Below, piece after piece: positions 19,375 through 29,036 of a stretch of 64,000 nucleotides of DNA. The DNA is taken from the IMG/VR virus record IMGVR_UViG_3300048881_000780. The stretch is one strand, 5' to 3'. A program made the translations under genes and the position numbers. The DNA is from a virus. Taxonomy: Duplodnaviria > Caudoviricetes. Under the pieces are notes generated by a model, which saw nothing but the letters and a program-made list of their open reading frames with translations, did not search any database and was not told where the DNA came from. The stretch's first letter is position 1; each line of letters opens with the position of its first letter.

Positions 19375-19497
19375 AATGCCTCATTTTTTAATTCTACTTA
19401 GATACTCTAACATGGCGCCCCATCCTATTCAATTTATTTTTTAACGCTTTGTGAAATATTATTGAAGCATATGTTAAAATCAACAATAGAGGTACTT

Positions 19498-20124
19498 ATG
19501 AAGTTAGTTTTCCTATCTGACACACATTCAAAACACCGAGCTGTGGAAAATATTTCCGGAGATATCGTTATTCACTGTGGGGACTTTACAAGAAGAGGGA
19601 AAAACTCTGAAATTATTGAGTTTTTAGACTGGTTCTCATCTCTTGATTTTAAGTATCACATTCTGGTTGCAGGAAATCATGACTTTGGATTAGAGGATTC
19701 AGGGGTATTTGATTACAGTAAAATACTCAAAGATAAAGGTGTTATATACTTAGAAGATTCCGGTGTTAACATAAATGGTCTAAATTTTTGGGGATCTCCC
19801 TATCAACCAGAGTTTAATAATTGGGCATTTAACTTAAAGAGAGGAGAGGAGCTTAAAAAACATTGGGATATGATTCCAGATGATACCGATATTCTAATTA
19901 CACATGGACCGCCACATAAGATTTTAGATCTATGTCCAAGTGGAAATGTAGGTTGTGAGGAATTACTTAAGAGAGTTAGTAGTTTAAATTTAAAAATTCA
20001 TGCTTTTGGACATATTCACGAAGGGTATGGATCTAGAGATATTGATGGAACTTACTTTATTAATTGTTCCATTTTAGATGAATATTACCGAATTAAAAAT
20101 AAACCTGTTGTTATCGAATTGTAG
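19498..20124 (+). CDS. calcineurin-like metallophosphoesterase
   Basis: SDTH, CGDF, GNHD, THGPP, GHIHE motifs; GAGG RBS before ATG 19498. Confidence 0.9.
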   Translation: MKLVFLSDTHSKHRAVENISGDIVIHCGDFTRRGKNSEIIEFLDWFSSLDFKYHILVAGNHDFGLEDSGVFDYSKILKDKGVIYLEDSGVNINGLNFWGSPYQPEFNNWAFNLKRGEELKKHWDMIPDDTDILITHGPPHKILDLCPSGNVGCEELLKRVSSLNLKIHAFGHIHEGYGSRDIDGTYFINCSILDEYYRIKNKPVVIEL

Positions 20125-20132
20125 TGTTAGGT

Positions 20133-21851
20133 CTAAGCACTTTTTGAGTATGATCTGACTTCCTTAGAAAATGACTTTTTAAGTTTTTCAGTTAAATTAT
20201 TTTCTCTGGCAAATCTGTAAAATTTAGCGTTATTACCTTTAGTGAATTCAGACCAACTGGAACACTTTAAAAGGGCCTCTAGTGTAGTTTCTTCGTTAAC
20301 GACTATATTCATATGTTCGCAAACAATATCAAGCCAATTCATTCTTTGAGCACGTTTGTAATAACTTGAGTGGATACTATTCTTAAACTCTCCTCTCTTT
20401 TTATATAACTTTGCTTTCTCTATACAATCTTCGATAGTTCTTCCCTTTTTATTCGATAGAGATACGATATTTGCCATTTTAAAAACTCTCTCAAGTTCAC
20501 CTCTATCTTGAGCTATTTTATAGAATTTCTTTCCGGTTGGACAATCACGCATGTCGATTCTCTTTTTATATCTTTTAGCGACTTCAACTATTTGATCTAT
20601 TGAGATGAATTCTTTCTCGCTATAGTAGGCACTTTTAATCTCACTTAGAGACGTCATTACGTACTCACCATTCTTACTTTCATTTATTCTTTTAAATACA
20701 TCAAGATCAAATTCAAGAGGAATGGAATTTTTACTCTTATAGCAATTAAGACCTCTGATAATATTCTTATTCATTGCTACTTTAAATTGAGAACTACCTT
20801 CGTAGCTTAAGTAGTATTCTTTTATTATTAATGAGCACGCCACTGACATGGCCGCGTAATAGATTGATAATCTTGAGTCGTCGCAAACTTTTATAAACTT
20901 CTTACCAGTTAATCCCAACCTGGTAACTCTATTAATTGCCTGGTATAGAAAATCTACATTCATACTTCCTGAAAAATCTATGATATATCGAAGTGAATTT
21001 AGATCGTAACCAAGAACTCCCCTTCTAACTACGAGTAAAACTTTTTCTTTGCTTGATTTAAAGTTGGATAGATTTTCTGATTTCTTGTCCGTTTTATAAT
21101 TTGTAATTAATGAAGAGATACCCATTTTACTTAATGCTTTTTGACACTGTCTCTGATGAGCAACATCATTACATATGATCATTGTTTTAGATCTAAAACA
21201 ATTTTGATGTTCTTTGAGTACCTTTCTAATAAACTTGTCTTCAAAAATAGTATCCTGTCTTACAAAGTCATTTCGGGTATAATCACTATCTTTTAAGTCC
21301 CAATTAAATTTTGATATTGTAATCTTGGGATTACAGATTACTTTATTAGCAAGTAATTCTTCGGTTGAAATACTCACTATTGGGTATTCAGTGTTTCTAA
21401 TAAAACCACTTATAGATCCAGTCATAGGTAGTACGTACTTTGGTTTTATATCTTTTAATATTGTTTGAACCATATTTTCAAAAAAGAAGTGATGGGCCTC
21501 ATCGATAACAATTAAATCAAACTTAAACTTCTTGAGCTTTCTATAGGACTGAGGAAGTGAAATGCAAATATCATCACTATTTTTGTATTCATCAATGTAT
21601 TTAACACTTAGCTTTTTATTTAAACCTAGTTTAGTGAATCTAGAGTAAAATTGCTCTTTTAAAATATTTTGTCCATGGGTAAGAACTAGAATTTTTTTAA
21701 TTAACTTCTTTTGTTTCATCTTCTTTATTAGAGAGATAGATATATTTGTCTTACCAGAAGCAGGCGCCGCTCCAAGGACTACAAACTTGTTGTTCTTAAA
21801 AAGGTTTATGCATTCGTTTACTTTTTTATCTTGATAACTGTAGTCGGGAAT
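20133..21851 (-). CDS. SF2 DEAH-box helicase (ResIII-like) with C-terminal repeats; probable ATT start
   Basis: Walker A GAAPASGKT lies upstream of the track ATG in the same open frame; DEAHH, MTGS, QAINRVTR. Confidence 0.8.
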   Translation of the reverse strand: MPDYSYQDKKVNECINLFKNNKFVVLGAAPASGKTNISISLIKKMKQKKLIKKILVLTHGQNILKEQFYSRFTKLGLNKKLSVKYIDEYKNSDDICISLPQSYRKLKKFKFDLIVIDEAHHFFFENMVQTILKDIKPKYVLPMTGSISGFIRNTEYPIVSISTEELLANKVICNPKITISKFNWDLKDSDYTRNDFVRQDTIFEDKFIRKVLKEHQNCFRSKTMIICNDVAHQRQCQKALSKMGISSLITNYKTDKKSENLSNFKSSKEKVLLVVRRGVLGYDLNSLRYIIDFSGSMNVDFLYQAINRVTRLGLTGKKFIKVCDDSRLSIYYAAMSVACSLIIKEYYLSYEGSSQFKVAMNKNIIRGLNCYKSKNSIPLEFDLDVFKRINESKNGEYVMTSLSEIKSAYYSEKEFISIDQIVEVAKRYKKRIDMRDCPTGKKFYKIAQDRGELERVFKMANIVSLSNKKGRTIEDCIEKAKLYKKRGEFKNSIHSSYYKRAQRMNWLDIVCEHMNIVVNEETTLEALLKCSSWSEFTKGNNAKFYRFARENNLTEKLKKSFSKEVRSYSKSA

Positions 21852-21956
21852 TTATGTTCCTTAAGTTGTGTAGAACAATATTAACATACCTCCTTTCTTG
21901 ACACAAGCCGTTAACTTATCTTTTTATTGGCGCTACAAAAAGTCTTATAATGTAAG

Positions 21957-22059
21957 CATAGGATCTTTGATCCTGGAAAACCCATGAGGGAGGTGATCTT
22001 AAATCTCGAAGGTAAATTTTATTTACTGGGACTTAGACCCTCTGATTAGAGGGTTTTTT
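21957..22059 (+). ncRNA. candidate small RNA (or 21-aa peptide gene) carrying GGAGGUGAUC
   Basis: TATAAT at 21946, three short hairpins, terminator ACCCTCT-GATT-AGAGGGTTTTTT. Confidence 0.4.
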
Positions 22060-22076
22060 ATTCTAAGGACATTGTT

Positions 22077-22751
22077 TTGAATAAGTTAGTTATAGGATTA
22101 GTCGGATATAAGGGTGCTGGAAAATCAACTTTTGCATCATTTGTAAAGTCGATAGTATCAGACGCAGAGGAAATTAGAATCGCTGATAAAATCAAACTAA
22201 CTTGTGCCCAATTACTTAATGTAGATGTCTCAAAGTTTGAAGATCTTAATTTTAAAGAAACTCCATTTGATCACCCACATAAGTTATCAATAACAGATAT
22301 TAAGTACTTACTAGAAGCTTACGACGTTCCCGATTATTTACACAATAAAATCATATCTCGACATAGAGGAGTTTTACTAGAAACTCCTAGGAAGTTTATA
22401 GTTTATCTTGCCACAAATATCCTAAGAGATGAAATAGACCAAGATATACATTTAATTGAGTTAAACAAGAGAATTGAAAATTCTAAATCTAATACATTGA
22501 TTATTTCTGACATTAGGTTTGTAAATGAATTTGAGTTCTTGGCAGAGAGCTTTGGATTAAACTTTAAAGGCATTTACCTTAAAAACGTTAAAGCATATTC
22601 CAATATGATTAAAAATGGCGAAATTGAAAAAAGTGAGTCATTTGTTCCTGAATTAGGTAGAAGGTGTCAGCTAAAAATCAATAATAATTCAACTATCGAA
22701 TCTTTTAAAAAGCGCTCTAAATCAGCACTAGAACCGTTAATAGCACTCTAA
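22077..22751 (+). CDS. phage-type deoxynucleoside monophosphate kinase
   Basis: IGLVGYKGAGKST P-loop, ADKIK, TPRK, IISDIRFVNE. Confidence 0.8.
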   Translation: MNKLVIGLVGYKGAGKSTFASFVKSIVSDAEEIRIADKIKLTCAQLLNVDVSKFEDLNFKETPFDHPHKLSITDIKYLLEAYDVPDYLHNKIISRHRGVLLETPRKFIVYLATNILRDEIDQDIHLIELNKRIENSKSNTLIISDIRFVNEFEFLAESFGLNFKGIYLKNVKAYSNMIKNGEIEKSESFVPELGRRCQLKINNNSTIESFKKRSKSALEPLIAL

Positions 22752-22791
22752 ATAACGTTATAATAAATAAAAGTTATTTAACGAGGAAATC

Positions 22792-23946
22792 ATGAAGAAT
22801 CTAAGAGTAGGTGTATTTTTTAGCGGAATTGACGGTGGCGGAAGCAAGTTAAAAGATAATTATCAAGTAGTCTTTTTAAGTGAAAAAGAAGAGTCCATTC
22901 AAAATTTATTAAAGCTAAATTATAAAGACTGTCCCATTGCTGGAGACTTGAACTCTTTGAAGGTCAAGGATCTGCCAGAGATGGATATTGCGATCATGTC
23001 TCCCCCTTGTCAACCCTACTCCAGTCAGGGAAAACAAAAGGGAAGAGGGGAATCTAAAGGTAGGGTAGCAGATACTTGTATTAAACTTCTAGCAAAGAAA
23101 AAAGTGAATTTTATACTTCTTGAAAATGTGGATAACTTACTTCGCTTAAATGATGGTTATGATTTTATGTGCCTGGTTAAGGTATTTTATAAATATGGAT
23201 ATAAGATTGATTTTAATTTTATAAACTCATCTCATTATGGATCTAAACAGGCCCGAGTAAGGACGTTCTTAGTAGCTATAAGAGAGGGGTCTCCATTAAA
23301 AAAGAGAAGTGATATCCCTGCTTATAATATTGCATTAAATAAAACTGTAGCTAAGTTGAAATCATCAATGAATAAGAAGTATCTAATAAAAGATGGTCAT
23401 GAAAATTTTTTACAAATGCCCAAGAAGTTTAAGGTTCCAAGTGGAGATTTCTTAAAGTTTAAGGCCTCTAGAGATAAACAAAGTATTATTTTATCACCAA
23501 GTGTTTATCAGATCACAAAACTTAAAATTCCTAAAGAATTAAAGAAAGTATTAATAACTTCGCCAAAGAAAAAAAGAGAGAAGTTCTTTTTAGACTTAAT
23601 TCAAAAAAATGTCTCAGAACAAAAAGATATGAAAATTTTAGCGATTATTCCACATTCTAGATCTACTCGGGCCCATCATATAGACGGCAGAATTAGATTT
23701 GATGGAACATTGAATACGTTTACAACTGGTGTGGGGTGCCAGGGACAATCTACTGGAAATTACGTTGTTTACGAAGATTTGTCAATTAGATTACTTACTC
23801 CTTTAGAAGTAGAGAAGTATATGAGATGGCCTAAGAATTGGGTTCATCACGACAAAACCAGTGAACATTTAAGATATAAGCTCTTGGGTAACGGTATTGA
23901 TGGCGAGTTAATTCCGATGATTCTTAGTATGTTTGAGAGGGTTTAA
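22792..23946 (+). CDS. DNA cytosine-5 methyltransferase
   Basis: motif I FFSGIDG, IV PPCQ, VI ENV, VIII QARVR, IX RLLTPLE, X LGNG. Confidence 0.9.
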   Translation: MKNLRVGVFFSGIDGGGSKLKDNYQVVFLSEKEESIQNLLKLNYKDCPIAGDLNSLKVKDLPEMDIAIMSPPCQPYSSQGKQKGRGESKGRVADTCIKLLAKKKVNFILLENVDNLLRLNDGYDFMCLVKVFYKYGYKIDFNFINSSHYGSKQARVRTFLVAIREGSPLKKRSDIPAYNIALNKTVAKLKSSMNKKYLIKDGHENFLQMPKKFKVPSGDFLKFKASRDKQSIILSPSVYQITKLKIPKELKKVLITSPKKKREKFFLDLIQKNVSEQKDMKILAIIPHSRSTRAHHIDGRIRFDGTLNTFTTGVGCQGQSTGNYVVYEDLSIRLLTPLEVEKYMRWPKNWVHHDKTSEHLRYKLLGNGIDGELIPMILSMFERV

Positions 23947-24012
23947 GTGTCTAGAAATATTTCAATATATTAAATAATTTAAAGCTATGGGTAAAAAATA
24001 CCGATTTACTTG

Positions 24013-24041
24013 TTGACACGTCGTGTTAACTAATATACCCT
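24013..24041 (+). promoter_or_regulatory. sigma70 promoter with palindromic operator starting at the -35 box
   Basis: TTGACA-N17-TACCCT; TTGAC-ACGTCGT-GTTAA. Confidence 0.7.
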
Positions 24042-24114
24042 TTAATTACACAGCACCAAAGAGTTCACACCTCTTTAGCATATATTGAGTAGTTAATGAA
24101 AATGGAGATTTCCT

Positions 24115-24495
24115 ATGCAAAAAGGTACAAAGGCCAACGAAAAGACCGTTGAAAGAGTTGATAAAGTTTCAAGTACAATCACGGAAGCAAGACATTCTAT
24201 TAATTTAAAGAGACATGATTTTTACGACAATATTGAAAGAGTTTTGTTAACTTTGAATTTAATTTACTTAAAATCTAAAACTAGAGTTGAATGTGAAATC
24301 GATTCTCTTGAAGAAATGATTGAAGAGTTAGTTCCAATTCTTAAACCAATGAAGTGCGAGTATGAGGTGGAGTTTCTCTATGAGAGATGTGAAGAGCTAC
24401 AACTTGATCCAGAGTGCGTAGAGCCAATTGCTAGCACCATCTTTAGAGTTGAAGTTGAAGAAGAGAGCGAAGATGAAGAATTAGTGGCCGCATAA
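24115..24495 (+). CDS. hypothetical acidic protein
   Basis: GGAG RBS; 126 aa. Confidence 0.6.
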   Translation: MQKGTKANEKTVERVDKVSSTITEARHSINLKRHDFYDNIERVLLTLNLIYLKSKTRVECEIDSLEEMIEELVPILKPMKCEYEVEFLYERCEELQLDPECVEPIASTIFRVEVEEESEDEELVAA

Positions 24496-24510
24496 AGGCC
24501 AGGAGTAGTA

Positions 24511-25074
24511 ATGAACGAGCTTATATATAATTTTAAAAATGAAGTATTTAAATTACCCTACCCTATTACAGCTATTGTGTCTGCCGTTATGTTATTATTT
24601 TTTGTGGGCCTTTTTTGTTACATTTTATGGCACTTATTTACTCGTCCAAAGAAAGAAAATGTAGAGACATTGGGGAGTGTTCAATCTTTAGACTTTTTTA
24701 AAAGTAATGAGATTGATTTTCTAAAAAAAGAAGTTGTCCAGCTAATCAAAGATAAAATTAAAGTTGAAGAGCTGTTGAGTACTCTTTGTGATCAGGGTAA
24801 ATATTGCTATTTCTCATATCATTATCACTCTACTCAGACAAAGGCCGATACTTATGGCGATGGATATTTCTTTCATGAAAAGTATATATCGGTAGAGGGA
24901 ATAAAAGGCTATTTAAAAGATTCAATAAGTGATTGCAGGGATCTTGTTATTCTAAATTTACATGAGTTAGATCGCGACTCTTATGTCGTTTGTATGAATG
25001 ATAGATTATTTCAATTAAAAAATAATATCAAAGAAAAAGAAGATAAGATATTAGAACTTAAAAATGCTGGATAA
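24511..25074 (+). CDS. hypothetical membrane-anchored protein
   Basis: AGGAG RBS, one TM. Confidence 0.6.
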   Translation: MNELIYNFKNEVFKLPYPITAIVSAVMLLFFVGLFCYILWHLFTRPKKENVETLGSVQSLDFFKSNEIDFLKKEVVQLIKDKIKVEELLSTLCDQGKYCYFSYHYHSTQTKADTYGDGYFFHEKYISVEGIKGYLKDSISDCRDLVILNLHELDRDSYVVCMNDRLFQLKNNIKEKEDKILELKNAG

Positions 25075-25075
25075 A

Positions 25076-25258
25076 TTACTTATTCCAGCTCTTCATTTCA
25101 TCAGTAACCATATCTAAGATTTTAAATCGGCAAGTAGTTCCAACATTTATTTTTCTCTTTAAAATAAGATCTCTAATTTCATTAGGTTTTACGGGTTTTC
25201 CTTTATAGAGCTCAAATGCAATATCTTTAATAATCGTTGAAATATTCGAATTTCTCAT
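25076..25258 (-). CDS. small hypothetical protein
   Basis: GGAGG RBS, 60 aa. Confidence 0.55.
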   Translation of the reverse strand: MRNSNISTIIKDIAFELYKGKPVKPNEIRDLILKRKINVGTTCRFKILDMVTDEMKSWNK

Positions 25259-25301
25259 AAATCCTCCATTTCTTATATTTTACCACCTCTTTAAGTGGTT
25301 C

Positions 25302-26384
25302 TTAAGAAATTAACTTGGTGTCTTGGTCGTTTGATTTAAGGGCCGGATTTATAGACATTGATCTTCCAGCTTGCTCTCCTAGATTTCGAGAGTGGGTATT
25401 GTTACCACTTTTAGATACTGAGGACTTTATTTTAGAAAAGGCACTATCGATTAAATCTTGTTGAATCTTATCTATTTGCTTTTGCGAGAGAACTAAATCT
25501 GTAGAGTTATTGATAGTCTCTGGAGACATTTTTTTAGTAAATCCGTCAGCTAGGCCACGAAAGAATGAGTTTTTAGCCGAAATTCCTTTGAGTTTCTGTT
25601 CTTTTTTTGTTTTTAACCACAGTCTATCAAGCTCGTGATCAAGAAAACTTGTAATATATTTGGCCATCTCCATTTCTTCTCTATCCTTTACCACTACAAG
25701 TAATTCATTGTACTTAAGTCCACTTGAAAATATTGGAGCAATGAATGGAAACGATTTTAAAATAAAGTAAATTGCTGAAGTCTTTGAATTTCTTCTACTG
25801 CTAGAAATTACAACGTCTGAATAGACTTGCTCATTACTTACTTTCTCTACACTTTCTAGGTGGTATTTACAAATTAGATCATTTGCTTTTTTTAGTGCCA
25901 CTTGAGATTCATTAATATTAGAACTATCTGCCATGGCGAGAAGTTTCTTTACTTTTTTAAATACTTTTAGCTCTGGGTTTGAACTCTCATCAGTTTTAAG
26001 CTTCATTTTAGACTTGGCCTCTGATTGCCAATTATATCTCTTGGCGATGGCCTTAAATTCAGTGCCGTGAGATTTAACATTATCTCCATTCTCAAGATAA
26101 TTTACCAGGTGAATTATTTCATGCCTAATTACTTCTATTAAATCTTCATGAGCAAATTGGTAAGAAAATTGTTTATTTATCCCAATAGAGAATCTATTTG
26201 GATCAAAATGACCTAGGGTTTTAGAGCTTTCAATGATTTCAACAGATAACTTCGTATAGCGATTATTAAAGAGAATGTATTGCTTGGATCTATTTACATT
26301 CAATCCGACACTTTCCATCTCAGAGAATATTAAATTCAGAACCTTAATCGAAAAAATAGACATTGCTTCGCTATGTATTCTCAT
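25302..26384 (-). CDS. SprT-like metalloprotease fused to DUF2786-like domain
   Basis: HEIIH..HG..FK SprT motif, then KVKKLLAMA.S.N..E...A..KA..L..KY. Confidence 0.75.
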   Translation of the reverse strand: MRIHSEAMSIFSIKVLNLIFSEMESVGLNVNRSKQYILFNNRYTKLSVEIIESSKTLGHFDPNRFSIGINKQFSYQFAHEDLIEVIRHEIIHLVNYLENGDNVKSHGTEFKAIAKRYNWQSEAKSKMKLKTDESSNPELKVFKKVKKLLAMADSSNINESQVALKKANDLICKYHLESVEKVSNEQVYSDVVISSSRRNSKTSAIYFILKSFPFIAPIFSSGLKYNELLVVVKDREEMEMAKYITSFLDHELDRLWLKTKKEQKLKGISAKNSFFRGLADGFTKKMSPETINNSTDLVLSQKQIDKIQQDLIDSAFSKIKSSVSKSGNNTHSRNLGEQAGRSMSINPALKSNDQDTKLIS

Positions 26385-26416
26385 GACCCCTCCTCACTTT
26401 GATTATTTTAGCACAA

Positions 26417-26453
26417 AAGACACGCTACGTCAAAACTTAACACGATTCGTTAA
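26417..26453. promoter_or_regulatory. tandem pair of palindromic operator-like sites
   Basis: AAGAC-ACGCTAC-GTCAA and TTAAC-ACGATTC-GTTAA, starts 20 bp apart, between divergent genes. Confidence 0.7.
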
Positions 26454-26508
26454 ATTATAGATTACAAAGTCAACAACAGGTATTATAATACTACTAAATG
26501 GAGATATT

Positions 26509-26883
26509 ATGAAAAATGAAGAGTTTAAGATTGCATTTGAAGAGTTTAGAAAGAATCTACCAAGCGGTGAATGCCCTATTTGTAGTGATCTTTATCGTGG
26601 ATTCGTTGCTGGCTTCAATAGAAATCTTAGGCTAATTGAAAAAATGCATACAGAAAATAGTGAATTAAAAGAATGGATAGTCGAAAGCAAGAAGGAAGAT
26701 CTTTTTAGAAATCGAATTCACAAGATTGATAAACTAAAAAGAGATATCGATTCATTAAGTGAAAGAATAATTGTAGCAACCGATATTATGAAAATTGTTT
26801 GTGCTGATGACTCAAGTAAGAAAAAAGTAGTCGATGATTTTCTAGAGTGCCCCGTTATCAAAGAAGTAAGAGGATTAAAATGA
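26509..26883 (+). CDS. hypothetical coiled-coil protein
   Basis: GGAG RBS; CPIC motif. Confidence 0.55.
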   Translation: MKNEEFKIAFEEFRKNLPSGECPICSDLYRGFVAGFNRNLRLIEKMHTENSELKEWIVESKKEDLFRNRIHKIDKLKRDIDSLSERIIVATDIMKIVCADDSSKKKVVDDFLECPVIKEVRGLK

Positions 26884-27377
26884 AGAAAATTTTATTAATA
26901 GTAACCTTAGTGTTATCTCATTCAGTTCTATCTTGTTCTAAATCTTACTGGAAGAAAGCTCAATTTCAGGATGATCTAACAGAGTCAAAATACCGAAGAG
27001 TTGGTAAGTCAATAGCCCAACTTGTAGATAACAATGCTTACGGTATAAAAGAAAAGGATTTAAACTTTGTTAAAAGAAGGTTTATTTCCCTTTTAAAAGA
27101 CAAGGAAGAGGCAAGACTTCAAATCAGAAAGACTATAAATATGTGGTCTCACTTAAGAAGTAATTGCACTGGAAAGAATAGACGAAATGCCAAGAAAGCT
27201 CATATAAGACTTAAAAACTATAGATCCAGGGTAACTAGAGTTATCAATGAGAATACTAAAAAAGTAGAAACTTTAATTAAGAGAGCAGAGAAAAAAAGAA
27301 TAGAAAAATTAAATAATCAAGAAGGTAGTAATTCTAAAAGTAATTCATCCTCAGTCTGGGAGGAAATACAGTGGTAA
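26880..27377 (+). CDS. secreted or lipoprotein helical protein
   Basis: ATGA overlap with upstream gene; MKKILLIVTLVLSHSVLSC signal. Confidence 0.6.
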   Translation: MKKILLIVTLVLSHSVLSCSKSYWKKAQFQDDLTESKYRRVGKSIAQLVDNNAYGIKEKDLNFVKRRFISLLKDKEEARLQIRKTINMWSHLRSNCTGKNRRNAKKAHIRLKNYRSRVTRVINENTKKVETLIKRAEKKRIEKLNNQEGSNSKSNSSSVWEEIQW

Positions 27378-27787
27378 GTTGTAAAAAGTGCCTAGAAACT
27401 GTTAGAAATAAAAAACCTTCTCCTATCGGAGTGATGATTAGTGAAATGGGTTTTTGTAGTATGTATTGCTTGGGTTCCAAAGGAATGAAATCAATATTTA
27501 AAAAATTTGATAAAAATAAAGAAATTGAGGAAAAGAGTATGAAGGCCAATAATCGAGCATTTATTAGAAGAGATACAGAAGTTACAAATAAATTAAAATC
27601 CTTAGTTAAAAGTAACATGATTATTCTGAATCCAGATTGCTACTTTAATCAGGAAAAGTGGTTATTTGAAAGCGGAGAATCTTTTCATGTATATAGTGAT
27701 GGGGTAAAGGTAACCTTTTTAGATAATCGCCTCCCTAGGTTTTCACTTTGTATCAAACTCGTTGAATTAGAGTTTGAGGAAAAATAG
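27371..27787 (+). CDS. hypothetical zinc-finger-like protein
   Basis: CKKC and FCSMYC; GGAGG RBS. Confidence 0.55.
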   Translation: MVSCKKCLETVRNKKPSPIGVMISEMGFCSMYCLGSKGMKSIFKKFDKNKEIEEKSMKANNRAFIRRDTEVTNKLKSLVKSNMIILNPDCYFNQEKWLFESGESFHVYSDGVKVTFLDNRLPRFSLCIKLVELEFEEK

Positions 27788-28078
27788 ATGAATTTGTCCC
27801 CACCATTAAATATTGGACAGAGATATAGGATCGAAAGACCTTCAAAGGGAAACAAAAAGAGAGTTCTCTCTGGGATTTATGAGGTGTCAGCTGTTTATGC
27901 CCAGGTTACCTGGTCAAAAAAAGGTCTTCGGGAACCAAAAGATTATCTTGTTGAATTCTCTATGATCGATGAGAATGATATTACATATACTCTCACTGCG
28001 AGATGGAGGAGTGGGGCCTTTTACCACCCTTATAATCATAAGGAATTACTGAATTGGAGAATTTCTAAGATCCAGTAG
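27788..28078 (+). CDS. hypothetical protein
   Basis: abuts upstream stop; GAGG RBS. Confidence 0.55.
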   Translation: MNLSPPLNIGQRYRIERPSKGNKKRVLSGIYEVSAVYAQVTWSKKGLREPKDYLVEFSMIDENDITYTLTARWRSGAFYHPYNHKELLNWRISKIQ

Positions 28079-28176
28079 CTTTAAGGATTAAATATTGAAT
28101 CAATATAGATCTACGTAACTAAATTCTTCCATTAATTTATAAGAAAGTTTTCAATGTATAATTTCATTTTTGACAA

Positions 28177-28467
28177 CTAATGTATTTTATATATGTCTAT
28201 TTGTTGATCATTTTTTATTATCTTACAAGGAATACCTTTTACTTTTAATTGAATTTCATTTCCTTTGTTTAATTCTTCTTTGATATAACTTTTAAGGGTA
28301 ATATCATTTTTAAATTCTTCAGCCGTCACTTTGATAGTTAATTTATCTGTAATAATAGAAGATAATTTTAACTTCTCTTTTTTTATCATAAACTTTATTA
28401 ATATATATACTCCAACAAGGGCGACACTCATTAGAAAAATCATTGAAAAAGTATCTAAGCTAAACAT
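28177..28467 (-). CDS. small membrane-anchored protein
   Basis: N-terminal TM; AAGGAG upstream. Confidence 0.55.
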   Translation of the reverse strand: MFSLDTFSMIFLMSVALVGVYILIKFMIKKEKLKLSSIITDKLTIKVTAEEFKNDITLKSYIKEELNKGNEIQLKVKGIPCKIIKNDQQIDIYKIH

Positions 28468-28569
28468 TTTTAAACATACTCCTTTTTAAGTTCCTGTTAT
28501 TACGTACATTATAATTTTTCCACTTGAGTTTTTAACACAATGTGTTAAGATACTTTTACTGGAGTTTTC

Positions 28570-29034
28570 TTGAAAGATGAATTTGTTACCATTTATAGTG
28601 ATGCTTCTTTTTGTCCAAATCAAAAAATTATGGGTTGGGCCTTCTATTCTAGGTGTTCAAGTGGGAAAATGAAGAAGTATGGTTTATTAAACGAAAAGAC
28701 AAATTGCTCAACAACTGCTGAAATGGAAGCTATTTTAATCGCAGTTAAGAGAACTATCCGTAGATGGCCTCACTTAAAGGGTGTATTTGTTAATTGTGAC
28801 TCTTTAACGAGTTGTGAGCTACTTTGGCCTTCAAACTTAAAAGAAACTGATCACTATAATTTACCAAGAGCTCAAAAAATCAAAGATGAAATTATTAGCT
28901 TGTTAGAAAGTAAAGGTATGTGGCTGAGAGTGAAACATGTAAAAGGGCATCAAGTTAGTGATAATGTGAGAAGTTATTTAAATAACTTTTGCGACAAGAA
29001 GGCCAAAGAAAAACTTCTAAAGGCCTCCTCTTAA
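28570..29034 (+). CDS. rnhA: ribonuclease H1-like protein
   Basis: IYSDAS, AEMEA, CDS, HVKGH, NNFCD give the D-E-D-D catalytic set. Confidence 0.85.
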   Translation: MKDEFVTIYSDASFCPNQKIMGWAFYSRCSSGKMKKYGLLNEKTNCSTTAEMEAILIAVKRTIRRWPHLKGVFVNCDSLTSCELLWPSNLKETDHYNLPRAQKIKDEIISLLESKGMWLRVKHVKGHQVSDNVRSYLNNFCDKKAKEKLLKASS

Positions 29035-29036
29035 TA

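Noticed and set aside
20133-23946. Helicase plus C5 methylase as a restriction-modification system
   Set aside because: Divergently transcribed, separated by a kinase gene, and no nuclease motif recognised in the helicase.
27340-27377. C-terminus SSVWEEIQW as another copy of the tag
   Set aside because: Lacks N/H at -2 and the hydrophobic residue after W; the protein has a signal peptide.
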